Made by a program: the position numbers and the translations under genes. From Chiloscyllium plagiosum (Eukaryota), in assembly GCF_004010195.1 (NCBI RefSeq), contig NC_057718.1, positions 96,704,230 through 96,768,229 of the forward strand: DNA of 64,000 bases, given 5' to 3'. The notes beneath the pieces were generated by a model that worked only from the letters and a program-made list of their open reading frames with translations, was not told the DNA's origin and made no database searches. This document shows positions 1 to 12,212 of the stretch, in pieces; the stretch's first letter is position 1; each line of letters starts with the position of its first letter.

Positions 1-273
1 TTAAGGTGAGAGGAGATAAATTTTAAAAAGACTTGAGGGGCAAATCTTTTACGAAGAGGGCGGTTCATGTGTGGCTGAGCTTCCTGAGGAAGTGGTGGTT
101 GCGGGTACAATTACAATGTTTAAAAGACATTTGGATAAGTTCATGAATAGGAAAGGTTTGGAGGGATATGGGCCAAGTGCAGGCAGGTGGGACTCGCTGA
201 GTTTGGGATTATGGTCAGCATGGACTGGTTGGACCGAAGGGTCTGTTTCTGTGCTCTATAATTCTATGACTCT
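1..273 (+). mobile_element. CR1 (HER1-like) LINE 3' end, truncated by window edge
   Basis: ELPEEVVVAGTITMFKRHLDKFM C-terminus, then 3' UTR ending GAAGGGTCTGTTTCTGTGCTCTATAATTCTATGACTCT; shared with many copies here. Confidence 0.9.
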
Positions 274-406
274 TTCAACATTTATTTGGTTAATTCAGAT
301 ACAGAAAAATAAAACAGCACCAATGCTCCTATGGACTGTTCAACACTTACAATAAACATTTTGAAATATGAAGTAGGTGGGAATTTATATAATTGCCCCA
401 AAGGTA

Positions 407-480
407 ACCCAATGCTGACTAGTTTCTTGTCACCCCATGCTGACTGTATTTCCTTGTCACCCAATGTTAACTGTAGTTTT
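407..480. repeat. Imperfect ~26-bp tandem repeat, about 3 copies
   Basis: acccaatgctgact-agtttcttgtc / accccatgctgactgtatttccttgtc / acccaatgttaactgtagtttt. Confidence 0.7.
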
Positions 481-1063
481 TCTATCACTCTTTATCATTG
501 ACTGCAGCAACTAGCAATCCAGACTGTGAGAGCCAGTGAATCCTGAACTAAGTTGATTTGTGAATGAAGGAACGGCTACATGTGGGAAATCTCTTTTACA
601 CACTGAGTGGTTAGGATCTGGAATGCACTGGCTGACAGTGAGGTGGAGGTAAATCCAACTTGGGCCATTAGAGGAGAATTGGACAGTTATCTGATGAGAA
701 AATATCTGATGAGAAGGGAAAAGACAGGGGAGTGGGTTAAGACAAGTTGCACTGACAGAAAGCCAGCAAGGACCCAAGAGATCGAAGAGAGCGGAAGGTA
801 TATATTATCTCAGATTTTATGATGAAAACTAATGGATTTGGGAAGTTTAACTCTGTCTCTGTTTCTCCAACGATGCTGCCAGACTTACGGACCAGAGTTT
901 CTCGCATTTTCTGATTAAACATTAAAAAATATTACTATATTTATGTTTTGTAAGTGCTACTTGGACAATTAAGACTCCAATTTGCCATGCAGAAAGGGTG
1001 AATACCTTTCTGGTAAGATGGGCAGTCTCTATATTACTTAAGGGCTCAAAATACACTACTTGT

Positions 1064-1370
1064 ACCTTTTGCCCAGGGTGGGGGGAGCCCACAACTAGAG
1101 GGCATAGGTTTAGGGTAAGAAGGAAAAGATTTAAAAGAGACCTAAGGGGCAATATTTACACACAGAGGGTGGTACGTGTATGGAATGAGCTGCCAGAGGA
1201 CATGGTGGAAGCTGGTAAAATTACAACATTTAAAAGACATCTGGATGGGTATATGAATAGGAAGGGTTTAGAGGGGTATGAGCCAAGTGCTGGCAAATAG
1301 GACCAGATTAGGTTAGGATATCTGGTCAGCATGGACGCATTGGTCTATTTCCATTCTGCATGACTCTATC
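1064..1370 (+). mobile_element. CR1 LINE 3' fragment
   Basis: TRGHRFRVRRKRFKRDLRGNIYTQRVVRVWNELPE motif plus 3' UTR. Confidence 0.9.
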
Positions 1371-1503
1371 TGAGGCATGCATTCACCTGTGCATACAGAG
1401 ACAAGTGACCTATCCCTGGCCTGTGGCCACCTTGGCAAAGCATTGTCATGCCCAAATTTCTGGACCTGTGTGTTAATGCCTCTTGTGTAAATAGATTTCT
1501 ATA

Positions 1504-1682
1504 GTTAAAAATCACACAACACCAGATTTAGTTCCAACAAGTTTATTTGGAAACACTAGCTTTCAGAGCTCCACAGTGCTCCGAAAGCTAGTGCTTCCAA
1601 ATAAACCTGTTGGACTATAACCTGGTGTTGTGTGATTTTTGATTTTCTCCACCCCAGTCCAATACCAGCTCCTCCAAATCAT
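1504..1682. mobile_element. Fold-back PLE-terminus element, family 2 (AGCT type), centre deleted
   Basis: aaaaatcacacaacaccag...ctggtgttgtgtgattttt inverted arms, gctccgaaagctagtg half-core; flanks atagatttctata/atagaattctgta resemble a decayed TSD. Confidence 0.8.
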
Positions 1683-1839
1683 AGAATTCTGTAATACACT
1701 GTGCGGTATGTATATATTATCCAAAATACTCTTACCATTGGTTAAAAGACAGCAGGTGAGCAACATCTCTCTCTTTAGGTCGCTGCTCAGGTTTTGTTAA
1801 AAAACTCTTTCACAACGCGGGCTTCACTTGTTAGGTCAG

Positions 1840-2235
1840 CATCACCCATCCCTGTTGAACATGGTGGTGAGCTGCCTTCTTAAATGGCTGCAGTCTGTCT
1901 GAAGTGTGTCAGTATACACACAGTGCTGTGAGGGAGGGAGTTCCAGGATTTTGACCAGCGTCTCTGACAGAACGCAGATAGATTTCCAAGTCATGATGGT
2001 GAGTGGCTTGGAAGGGAACCTACCAGTGTTGCTGTTCCCATGCATCTGCTGGCCTTTGTGGTAGAGGCCGTGGATTTGGAAACGGCTGCTGTAGGTGCCT
2101 TGGTGAGTTGCTGCAGTGCATCTTGGAAATGGCGTGCACTACTGTCACTATTATGCATCAGTGGTGGTGGAAGTGAATCTTGAAGGTGCTGGTGGGGTGC
2201 GAGTCAAGAGGTCTGCTTTGTCCTGGGTGGTGTGG
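1840..2235 (-). mobile_element. LINE family B (CR1/L2 group) 3' fragment
   Basis: Reverse complement matches part of the LINE at 44575-45300. Confidence 0.8.
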
Positions 2236-2330
2236 AGTCGAGAGTGTGGTGCTAGAAAAGCACAGCTGGTCAGGCAGCTTCCAAAGAACAGGAGAATCAA
2301 TGTTTCAGGCATAAGTCCTTCATCAGGAAT
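2236..2330 (-). mobile_element. PLE terminal repeat family 1 with decayed hammerhead motif
   Basis: Minus strand attcCTGATGAaggacttatgcctGAAAcattgattctcc. Confidence 0.75.
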
Positions 2331-2436
2331 GGTGTCAGGATATGCCAAAACATTGAATGTATCCAAGAGGCAGCTAGATATAGCATTTGGGACAAATGGG
2401 ATGAAAGGTTATGTGAAGAAAGCAGGATTAGGCTGT

Positions 2437-3155
2437 TGTTGTGAAGTTGAAGGTGTGTACTATACCTTTAAGAGAGAGTGAATGCTGTTCTGAACTGAAG
2501 ATTAGAAGCATCTGTGTCTATGACTTGATGGCAGCCCCAGAGTATGCACTGGAAAATTGAATATATACAACATTTCGCTGTGAAATGGATACCTGAATTT
2601 TGGTTGCTGTTTTGACCACATTTTGAATTTAACAAATAAGTTTATATTTTGCCCCAGGATACTAAAACCCAATCAAGTTTGGATTTAAAGTTTTGCCAAC
2701 ATCGAAACAATGAGACAATCCAATGTTGGAGCGGTGTAAAATGCGGACCTTTTGAAAATTGGTCAGAGAGTAACTGCCGTCGAAACAAAAATGCATGGAG
2801 AGCTAACATCTTGCTCTCTAAGAATTAGGAAACACTCTCTATCAAAGGTACCTTTTCATGTGAAACATACTCGCAGCTACAAGAAAGAAGACGACCCAGG
2901 GAGATCCTCAGCCAGAAGAAGCAAGACACAGAAGATGGCAGCCGCTGTGTGGTTTTGAAATTAAGTTGATGTAATTTTAATAAGTGTCTTATTGGCACAG
3001 CATATTGTGATAGAGTTAGAGGCAGATAATAAGCAGTAAAGAGAAACAGGGCTTAGAATTGTGAATAGTTGTTTAATGTTCATTTTTAAAGTTAAAAAAT
3101 AAATTGATGTTATTTTCTTTAAGTCACGGAATTCGGGAGTTCTCTGTCACTCATA
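2437..3155 (+). mobile_element. Possible solo LTR, 3'-truncated by CR1
   Basis: Abrupt TGT start, non-coding, AATAAA near 3098; no terminal CA, TSD or second copy seen. Confidence 0.35.
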
Positions 3156-3159
3156 TTGT

Positions 3160-3615
3160 GGGAGTTTGCTGAAGAAAGAGACCTTGGAGTGCAGGTTCAT
3201 AGCCCCTTGAAAGTGGAGTCACAGGTAGATAGGATAGTGAAGAAGGCTTTTGGTATGCTTTCCTTTATTGGTCAGAGTATTGAGGTCATGTTGCGGCTGT
3301 ACAGGACATTGATTAGGCCACTGTTGGAATATTGCGTGCAATTCTGGTCTCCTTCCTATCGGAAAGATGTTGTGAAACCTGAAAGGGTTCAGAAGAGATT
3401 TACAAGGATGTTGCCAGGGTTGGAGGATCTGAGCTACAGGGAGAGGCTGAACAGGCTGGGGCTGTTTTCCCTGGAACGTCGGATGCTGAGGGGTGACCTT
3501 ATAGAGGTTTTGCTGGCAGGTGGGACTAGATTGGATTGGGATATCTGGTCAGCATGGATGGGTTGGACCGAAGGGTCTGTTTCCATGCTGTACATCTCTA
3601 TGACTCTATGACTCT
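3160..3615 (+). mobile_element. CR1 LINE 3' fragment with internal deletion
   Basis: ERDLGVQVH...RPLLEYCVQFWSP...LRGDLIEV then jumps directly into the 3' UTR. Confidence 0.9.
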
Positions 3616-3774
3616 AAGTGAGCTTTTCTGGGTGTTTGGTTTAATTAGCAGAGGGGTTCACCTCCATGTCATAACTCTATTGAGTTGGATGATCAGCCAT
3701 GATTGTGATGAATGGTGGAGCAGGCTTGAAGGGCTGAAAGGCCTCCTCCTGCTCCCTATCTTCTATGTTGCTAT

Positions 3775-3960
3775 GCTTCTTGAGTGTTGTTAGAGCTATG
3801 TTCATCCATGCAAGTGGGAGGTATTCCATTACAATCCTGACTTGTACTTTGTAGACAGTGGACAAACTTTGGGGAGTCCGGAGGTGAGTTATTCACCACA
3901 GAATTCCCAGCCTCTGACCAGTTCTTATAGCCACAATATTTACATGGCTAGTACAGTTCA
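3775..3960 (-). mobile_element. LINE family B fragment
   Basis: Minus frame YKVQVRIVMEYLPLAWM. Confidence 0.75.
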
Positions 3961-4544
3961 TTGGACTAACTGAATAATAATGCAGAGAACATCCCTTAAT
4001 TGCCATCTCTTGGGAAAAACAAAAAACCTCCACTTTATGACACCTAATGGCAAAGTTGAGACTTCATCAAGAATCCAGGGATGAAAACAAGTCTAACTAC
4101 CTATAAGCATGCCTGTGCTTTCTCAAGGCAAGTATCATGCATCAAATGAATTTCTATTGATCTCAAGAAAATAATTGAAACATTTTGAGATTAGCCTAGG
4201 ATCAGACACAGAAGATTAGGGTAGCATTGAGTGGTACACATTGCTTGTTCTTGCTCCTGGTCCTTATGTGCTATCTGGCTATGTAGCAATTTAATGAGAA
4301 ATAATCCTGCCACTTATTGAACATCAACCAGTCTTTAACTGTTCAGACTGGCAAAGATCAACACTTGAACATCAGGAACATCTCCAGTTGGCCACTTTAC
4401 CTACTGAAGGAGGAAGACCAGATTTTTATAAGCCACCAACCTTTGGAAACAAGAGTTAGGTAATTATTGAAGGCAGACCAGTAATGTAAAAAGATAAAGT
4501 CTCCACGATTGAAGTGTTTAACTATCAGGCTGTCAAACTGACAG

Positions 4545-4750
4545 GAGAAAGTGAGGACTGCAAATGCTGGAGATCAGAGCTGAAAATGCGTTGCTGGAAA
4601 AGCGCAGCAGGTCAGGCAGCATCCAAGGAGCAGGAGAATCGACGTTTCGGGCATGAGCCCTTCCTCAGGAATCCCTGAAACATCGATTCTCCTGCTCCTT
4701 GGATGCTGCCTGACCTGCTGCGCTTTTCCAGCAACGCATTTTCAGCTCTG
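4545..4750. mobile_element. Fold-back PLE-terminus element, family 1
   Basis: ~76-bp inverted arms (4575-4651 / 4674-4750); TSD ctgtcaaactg at 4530-4540 and 4748-4758. Confidence 0.9.
4637..4672 (-). ncRNA. Minimal type-I hammerhead ribozyme motif
   Basis: attc CTGAGGA a GGGC tcat GCCC GAAA cg TC gatt. Confidence 0.7.
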
Positions 4751-6099
4751 TCAAACTGGCAGTACTGCATGTAGAGGAAAAATTGATACCAAACAATAAA
4801 TTGTGGATTTAATAAATTATTGAATTTTTCTTACATATTCAATGGTTTCCCATTTAGCAATTTCTAATATCATTACGTCATCATGTGCATCAGCCATATA
4901 AGGAGGCCATTAGTTTAGAGGTTTGACAGAAAGCCCAGAGGGGAGGTATCTGCCAGGCCCCAAGCTCCGAGAAACTTCGACGAGTCCCCAAGGAAACTGT
5001 GTTGTAAGGTGTTTAGGATCCTGAATGACCCATGTGGTGAAGTCACAGAGCTGCACATTACTGGGTGTACATATCACAGAGTGGGAGCAGTTAAAACACT
5101 CTAAGAATAGGCTCGAAAAGGCATTGGAAGGTGAGGCTTTTTGAAAGACAGGCAGAGAGCACATAGACTTGAATACTCAGCTGAAAGATAAATGCTGATC
5201 TGTCCAGCTAGCCATAGCATATTATTGCAAACAGATCAAAGAATTGGGAGAGCTCAAAGCTGATTTTATTCAGGCATAGTTCGTGCATTATTTCTGTCAC
5301 ATTCTGTCACAAGTTTAGCTGTGTAATATCTTGGTGCAAATGAGTCTTTGGCGTAATCATCTGTAACAAAGTGTAAAAGAACTTGCATTTGCATGTGGCA
5401 TTCACATCCTCATTAAGTTCCATTGCGCTAGCTGGTAATAATTGAGGCATGGCCAGGGAAAACTGTCCAATGCAAATAATAATCTGCCCTCTCCTCATAG
5501 ACCAACAAGTGAAAAGGTTGTTAAAGGTGGAATGTTGGTCAAGGTCTCACAATATCCAGAATGAGCTAAAATTATTCAGCTGACAATGACATTCACTCAG
5601 AGAAATCAGCTAAGGTCAGGGAGCATCGAAGTATTAAATATACCCTCTGATTTCTTCAAAATATCCAATTAACTTAAATACCTAGCAATCCACTGCTAAC
5701 CTCAAACCTTCCCTTATAATTAGGGTGATTTACTTTGCTGGCTTGAATGAGAATAATGTGGAGATCGACCTTTGTAATTCATTAAGATTCCAACTATGGG
5801 TGATCCGAAGCTAATGCCTAGTGTGTGGTGTTAAGTGTTAATGAGGACATCAATGAGATAGCCCACACCATCGGCAATGTAAGGTCATAAGACCACTGGA
5901 ACTATGAAAAGATGGTTCTCTGTAATAGCCTCATGTAAAGCCTTGTCCCAAAATAGTTACAAGACTATATGTTTGATGAAAGGTTAGGTTTACCAATAAC
6001 CTGACCTCCTGCACTCTCTATCGATTTTGGACACGGACTACAACTCTATGATACAAACTGGTAATCTGAAGCTAGTTGATAGGTGATCAAATTAAGGAA

Positions 6100-6430
6100 G
6101 TTTTAAATGATTAAAGAAGTTGATAAGGTGGCTATTTCCTCTTAATGGTAACAAAATGTCAAATTGGAGTGAAACCATGTGAGCATGATGTCAGAAAATA
6201 TTTCTTCTCACAAAGGGTTTTGAAAATCTGGAAATTTCTTTCCCTAAAAGTAAAACTAACTTTTAACACTCTCGGACCAACTGAAAACTTAAAAACGGAG
6301 ACTGAAGAATCCTTATGAGGCAAGGGTATTAAAGGCTTGATGGAATTAAGATGCAGATGAGTCCAGCTTTAACTGAATGTTAAAATGGGCTTAAGAAACA
6401 GCATGGTCCATACCTCATCATGCATTCCTG
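6100..6430 (+). mobile_element. Old CR1 3' fragment
   Basis: Decayed ttcttctcacaaagggttttgaaaatctgg (FFSQRVLKIW) and UTR. Confidence 0.6.
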
Positions 6431-7199
6431 TGTTGTAACCTGAATCATTAATAATTGTTAGAGATGAATGTCATGCTCATGTAACTCAATAGCCAAAAAT
6501 GTTTTAACTAGGCTAGGAAATTCCCTGGATAACTTGGGCAGGTTTTCCATTGCATTTCTGTTGCACTTATGCCACCAGGGCAGATGCAGGCCCAGGTGAA
6601 TCCCTGGCATACCAGCAGAATGGTTTGGGGAACATGTTATATTCCTTGACTATGAGCTATGTTTAGTCAATCCCAACAAATTCATTGTAACCTATTCCAG
6701 AAAATTCACCAAAAGAAGAGAAAGGATGTGCATTTTTTTAAGAGCCTTTCTTGAAGTCAAGTCAAGAGAAAAATCCAATATCGCGAGGAGCTCGGCATAG
6801 TTCAGGACAATGCCAGAAACCTCCGAAGCCTGAAGCCCCCTAATGGACGTTTACCTGTCCACAGGGGAGGAACAGGGGACTTTGAGACTTACACTCCTTT
6901 TGTCTGCCTGATTGAATATATTCATCCAAAATACAAGACCCAACTCTACAAATGTTGCAAGAAGTAGGAATGAACGGTTATCCCAAAGGCATTAGGGTCA
7001 CACAAGTTGCCAAAGAGCACACTGAGCACAAAAAAGCAAAGTGACAGTTCAAGGCACATTGCGCAAAGAAAATAGAGTCATTATCCCAAAGAGAGAGGCA
7101 AGATCAATACAAGCCACTAAGGAACTGAGTCAAGTCTGAGAAAGGCAAGCACTTGTGTTCTATTAGTCAAACAAGATCTTGCAATGTGCTGAACTTTCT

Positions 7200-7590
7200 T
7201 TAATTTCAAAAATATACTTAGTTTATTAAAAAGTCTTTATACACATACATAGTCACTGAAAAGGTTTGGTTCCATACAGTTGTATATGAAGAGGTAAGCA
7301 AATGTTGGAGTGTGACTCTATCCAACAAACAAACCCAAGGCACTTCTTGCTTGTACAAGATACTGTTGACATACATTCAAGGCACCAGGAGGGTCCGATA
7401 TCTGAACAGGCCCCCATTTACCTTCAGCAGGAAGACCTCAGACAGTGGTCTTTCCTCACTGTGCCTTGGCAGCAGCTGCTCCCAACTTTAGTGCATCCCT
7501 CAGCACGAAGTCCTGGATCTTGGAATATTCCAATCTGCAAAACCCGGTCAGGATCAATCCCTTGTTCTGGAAGATCCACAAGTTTCGGGG
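7200..7590 (-). mobile_element. Tx1/L1-clade LINE 3' end
   Basis: Minus frame RNLWIFQNKGLILTGFCRLEYSKIQDFVLRDALKLGAAAAKAQ*GKTTV*; a second copy lies at 22835-23030. Confidence 0.7.
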
Positions 7591-7699
7591 TAATGAGCAA
7601 GTTAGAGAGCCCCTGACGACATGTGACATCCCAGACAGATTATTGGATGAAGCTGGGATTATACCTCTTTGAACTCATTGGAACTTTTCTTTTTTTTAA

Positions 7700-8125
7700 T
7701 TTTTTTCAAGGGACTTGGGCATCATTGGAGGGCCCAGCATTCATCACCTATCCCTTAATTTTCCAGAAAGGATTGAAGAGACACAGGTAGGTGAGACAGG
7801 CAGGAGGCTGGAAGAACAGAACAAGCCAGGCAGCATCAAGAGCTGGTGAAGTCAATGTAATTCAGTTGCTGTAATTCAGCATCTGCAGGTTTTTATGTCT
7901 CAGACCAGGCAAGGATGACAATTTGCCTCCCGCCATTCCAGACAATATTTAGTGAGCTTTTACCAGAATCTGGCTGTGGTCGCACCTTAGGCCAGCTGTC
8001 TAAGTCTTAGTAAATCCAAAATCCACCATCTTCGTCTCCATGGTGAAATTTGAGAATATGTCCTCAGATCGCTGGCCTGAGGTTCTATATTACTAGGCCA
8101 ATGAAACTACCACCACACCACCATC
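7700..8125 (-). mobile_element. Decayed SINE family B with a PLE-terminus fragment (about 7780-7880) inside
   Basis: Similar to 9165-9694; insert resembles 51265-51445. Confidence 0.55.
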
Positions 8126-8275
8126 ACCACCTTTCCTGTTGGGAACTGCTTATCTTTATCACCACAGATACCGAGTGCCACCCGATTCTCAAGCTGATCA
8201 GATTGTCGACACTTTTATTAACCTTTTGTAACTAATAAGGCAATCTATAGAAATCACACCTGCCAGTGCTTTGTA

Positions 8276-8621
8276 GATTAGATTAGATTCCCTATCGTAC
8301 AGAAACAGGCCCTTCAACCCAACAAGTCCACACTGACCCTCCGAAGACTAGTCCCATTGGGACTGACCCAGTCCCATTCCCCTACCCTGTATTTACCCTT
8401 GATTAATGCACCTAAAACTATGGGCAATTTAGCCTGGCCAATTCACATAACCTGCACATCTTTGGGTTGTGGGAGGAAACCAGAGCACCCGGAGGAAACC
8501 CACGCAGACATGGGGAGAATGTGCAAACTCCACACAGACTGTTGCCCGAGGTGGGACTGAAAACCGGGTCCCTGGTGCTGTGAGGCAGCAGTGCTAACCA
8601 CTGAGCCACCGTGTCGCTGCC
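8276..8621 (-). mobile_element. HE1-type V-SINE
   Basis: tRNA-like head GGCACGGTGGCTCAGTGGTTAGCACTGCTGCCTCACAG, V-domain, CR1-like tail with (ATCTA)n. Confidence 0.92.
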
Positions 8622-9293
8622 CCTCCCCCCCATTTGTAAATGGGCAAATTTTTGAGGTGCTGCTGAACAAGATTCTCCATTTTATTCCCAAGTCTTTGAG
8701 AAGAATGGTAACATAAGCTTCCCTCACACCTTGAACATGACATATGACACGATAGCAATGGGTCTTCAATATGACATCACCACATCAGTCTCCAGTTATA
8801 CTGATGGGCTAAGGGTGCGTGCATTATGAGTTTGTTAAAGAGTCATTTGCAAATTTTTCAATGCATTTCAGGCAGTAAACAGGAAACGTTTGGGACTGAT
8901 TTACAACAATAATGGCACAAGGGAGAAAGTAAAGGCCCCATCACTGGGACCACAACTGATTGTGGCAGTGAGTTATGTTGGTAAAGGCGACTTCATCTGT
9001 GTATGTCCCTTCACTCCATTTATTGACTCTTTCTGAGCTTGCTTTAAGGACTAAAGGAGGATTCAGAGAGCTATTAAGTTTGGTACAGAGTCAAGGATAA
9101 TGGTCTAATAATCAGTTGTTCATCAGGAATGGATTACCTCTGTGGGTTGGTTTGTTTTTTTGTATTCATTCACAGGTTGAGGAAGTCACTGGCTCAGCAG
9201 CATTTGTTGCCCATCCCTAATTGCCCAGAGGGTAGTTAAGAGTCAACCACATTGCTGTGGGTCTGGGGTCACATGTAGGCCAGACCAGTAAAG

Positions 9294-9494
9294 TTAAAAA
9301 TCAGACAGTTCCAGGTTATGGTCCAACAGGTTTAGTTGGAAGAACTAACTTTCGGAGTGCTGCTCCCTCAACCACCTGATGAAGGAGAGCATTCTGAAAG
9401 CTAGTGCTTCCAAATAAACCTGTTGGACTATAACCTGGTGTTGTGTGAGTTTTAACTTGGTACACCCCAGTCCAACACCAGCATCCCCAAATCA
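9294..9494. mobile_element. Fold-back PLE-terminus element, family 2
   Basis: Inverted arms; 12-bp TSD agaccagtaaag at 9282-9293 and 9495-9506. Confidence 0.9.
9373..9406 (+). ncRNA. Minimal hammerhead ribozyme motif (AGCT type)
   Basis: cac CTGATGA a GGAG agca TTCT GAAA gc TA gtg; stem I cac/gtg, stem II paired with G-U wobbles. Confidence 0.65.
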
Positions 9495-9776
9495 AGACCA
9501 GTAAAGGACATTAGTGAACGAGATGGGTTTTTTCGACAGTCGATGCACGGTCATCATTAGGTCCTTAATTCCAGATGTTTATTGAATTCAAATTCCACCA
9601 TCTGCCATGGCAGGATTCAAACCCACATCCCAGACCATTATCTGGGTCTCTGAATTATCAGGCCAGTGATGATAGCACTAGGTCATCGCCTCCCTAGGTT
9701 TACATGTTATGAAGCAGAGGAAACCTTGTAGGCATAAGGCATTAAGCAGACTGAGTGGCAACATTATAGGGGGATG

Positions 9777-10020
9777 GGGGGTGTCTAGTGGCGTAGTAGT
9801 GGTGTCACTACCTCTGAGCCAGGAGGCATGGGCATATGTCCCATCTGCACTGAAGGGATGTGACAATATCTCTGAACAGGTTGATAAGAAGAATATCTGT
9901 GTTGGGAAATGGGAGTTCTTGCGGTGGTATCCCTACCTCTAAGTCAGGAGGTCTGGGTTCAGGTCTGACGCTGCCCTGAAGGTATGTAGTAGCATCTTTG
10001 AACAGATTAACTGGAAACTA
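9777..10020 (+). mobile_element. Short tRNA-like SINE family C, two tandem units
   Basis: Units end in catctctgaacaggttgat-like tail; same as 55400-55520 and 58306-58840. Confidence 0.6.
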
Positions 10021-10149
10021 TACATACGCAACAAATAGAATTCTTAAAGGTATAGTATACGCACAGCAACCTCTTCCATTCCAAAGTAAAGTTTATCTAT
10101 GTCCAGTACAGAGCCTGTGCATCTTTGTAATGTGTAAGTAATTTGATTC

Positions 10150-10625
10150 TTTTTATTCATTCATGTGATGTGGAAGTCACTGGCTGGGCCCAGCATTTAT
10201 TGCCCCTGTCCATGGTTGCCCTTGAGAAGGTGGTGGTGAGCTGCCTTCTTGAACTACTGCAGTCCACCTGCTGTGGGTTGACCCACAATGCTCCTAGGGA
10301 GGGAATTCCAGGAGTTTGACTCAGTGACAGTGAAGGAACTGCAATAGATTTCCAAGTCAGGATGGAGAGTGGTTTGGAGGGGTCCTTGAAGGTGGTGGTG
10401 TTCCCATATTTCTGCTGCTCTTGTCCTTCTAGGTGGAAGTAGTTGTGGGTTTGGAAGGTGAATTTCTGCTGTGCATCTTGCAGATAGTACACACCTGCTG
10501 CTACTGAGCGTCGGTGGTGGAGGGAATGGATGCTTAGGGATGTAATACCATCAAGCGAGGGCTGCATTGTCCTGGACAGTGTCAAGCTTCTTGAGTGTTG
10601 TAGGAGCTGCACCCATCCAGGCACG
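10150..10625 (-). mobile_element. LINE family B 3' end
   Basis: Reverse complement of 44815-45300 including the terminal atgaatgaataaaa. Confidence 0.85.
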
Positions 10626-11936
10626 TGGTGAGAAGGTCCAATCTCATGATGGTGACCATGGCTGCAGGAACTGCCAACTTTTCTCTGTTGCTCCTGTTTG
10701 TGCTCAGCATCACGTACAACTGACTGACCGTTCATGGGCTACACTTCCAAAAGGCCTTCCACAACTTGATTTGCAGAGCAGCACCAGTCCCTGATGAAGG
10801 GTCAAGGCTGAAATGTTGACTCTCTCGCTCCTCAGATGTTACCTGACCTGCTGTGCTTTGTCCAGTGCCACACTTTGTCAACTCTGACTTCTCCAGCATC
10901 TGCAGTCCTCACTTTCTCCTGGAGCAGCCCACTTCCTATTCCTCCTCCCCGACCACCCTGAGCAAATGTGTAATCCAGCAGGTAATCACCATGAACAGGT
11001 CAGGTGGAATAACACAATGTAAGGCAGGTCCCCAGAACTTCCTTCATGTGCTCTTCTTACCCTCAAAGCAATGTAAAAATATTCCATTCTCCCAGTTCCT
11101 CCATCTCTGTCTCATCTGGTCTGACAATACCAACTTCAACAAGGGGACCTCCAAAATGTCCACTTTCTTCCTCAACTCTAGGATTCCCCAGCACCGTAGT
11201 TGACAGGCCCCTCGGCTTGGTCTGACCCATCTCCTGCACTTCAGCCCTCACCCCTTCTCTTCCCGCCCACAACAGCGATTGGGTCCCCCATTGTCCTCAC
11301 CTACCATCCCATCAGCATTCATCCAGAGTCACATTAGCTGCCATTTCTGCAACCTCCAGTGAGATGCCACCATCAGATACATATTCCCTTCCCCATCCCT
11401 GTCAGCCTTCCTCAGGGACCATTCCCTCAGGGAACACCCTGGTCCATTTCTCCTTCACTTCCAACACCCCACGGCACCTTCCCCTGCAACTGCAGGAGCT
11501 CTAACACCTGTCTGTTTACCTCCTCCCTCCTCAGGATCCAAGGGTCCAAACACACCTTCCAGGCAAAGCAGCACTTTAACTGCACTTCCCACAATCCAGT
11601 CTACTGCATTGGCTGCTCACAATGTGGTCTCCTGGGTGACTGCTTCACAGAACATCTATGTTCTGTCTGTAAGTCAGACCCTGAGCTTCCAGTTGCCTGC
11701 CCCTTCAACTCCCCACACTGTTCCCTGGCCAACATCTCTGTCTCAGGCTTGCTGCAGTGTCCCAGTGAAGCTCAGTGCAAGCTGGAAGGACAACACCTCA
11801 TTTTCCACTTGGGAACACGACAGCCTTCTGGAATCAACATTGAGTTCAATGAGTTTAGGGCTTGAGACGCCCTTTCCAAGTTCTCCCCATCCCCACATAC
11901 CAGGCCTTGGCATCAAATGGGCTGTTACCGCACACT

Positions 11937-12013
11937 GGAAATGTGTTGCTGGAAAAGCGCAGCAGGTCAGGCAGCATCCAGGGAACAGGAGAATCGACGT
12001 TTCGGGCATAAGC
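11937..12013 (-). mobile_element. Young single-arm family-1 terminus insertion
   Basis: 9-bp TSD ccgcacact at 11928-11936 and 12014-12022. Confidence 0.8.
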
Positions 12014-12173
12014 CCGCACACTACCCATTGTCAGTCCCTAATAGTCCCCATGAGAAACTAATCATTCCCCCAGACTGACCTTTACCATTACTCTCTCTTT
12101 GGGTTCTAACTCCAATTAGTGTTTACTCTCTCACACCCCACATAAAAGAAAAATCCTTTTCCTCGCTCCCATC

Positions 12174-12212
12174 AGTTCTGAAGAAGGGTCACTGAACTCC
12201 GAAATGTTAACT
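12174..12212 (+). ncRNA. Decayed minimal hammerhead motif (family 3, AACGTT type)
   Basis: agtt CTGAAGA agggtcactgaactcc GAAA tg TT aact; stem I agtt/aact. Confidence 0.55.

Larger units (their letters stand above)
9165..9694 (-). mobile_element. tRNA-derived SINE family B, interrupted by a fold-back element
   Basis: Minus head GGGAGGCGATGACCTAGTG (A-box-like) and GGTTTGAATCC (B-box-like); tail matches LINE family B. Confidence 0.85.

Noticed and set aside
4347..4459. Plus-strand exon-like segment (also 59425-59577)
   Set aside because: Open frames with splice-like ends but no recognisable product or partner exons.
8560..8621. tRNA genes at SINE heads
   Set aside because: A/B-box-like heads run straight into V-SINE or SINE-B bodies; no complete cloverleaf was seen.
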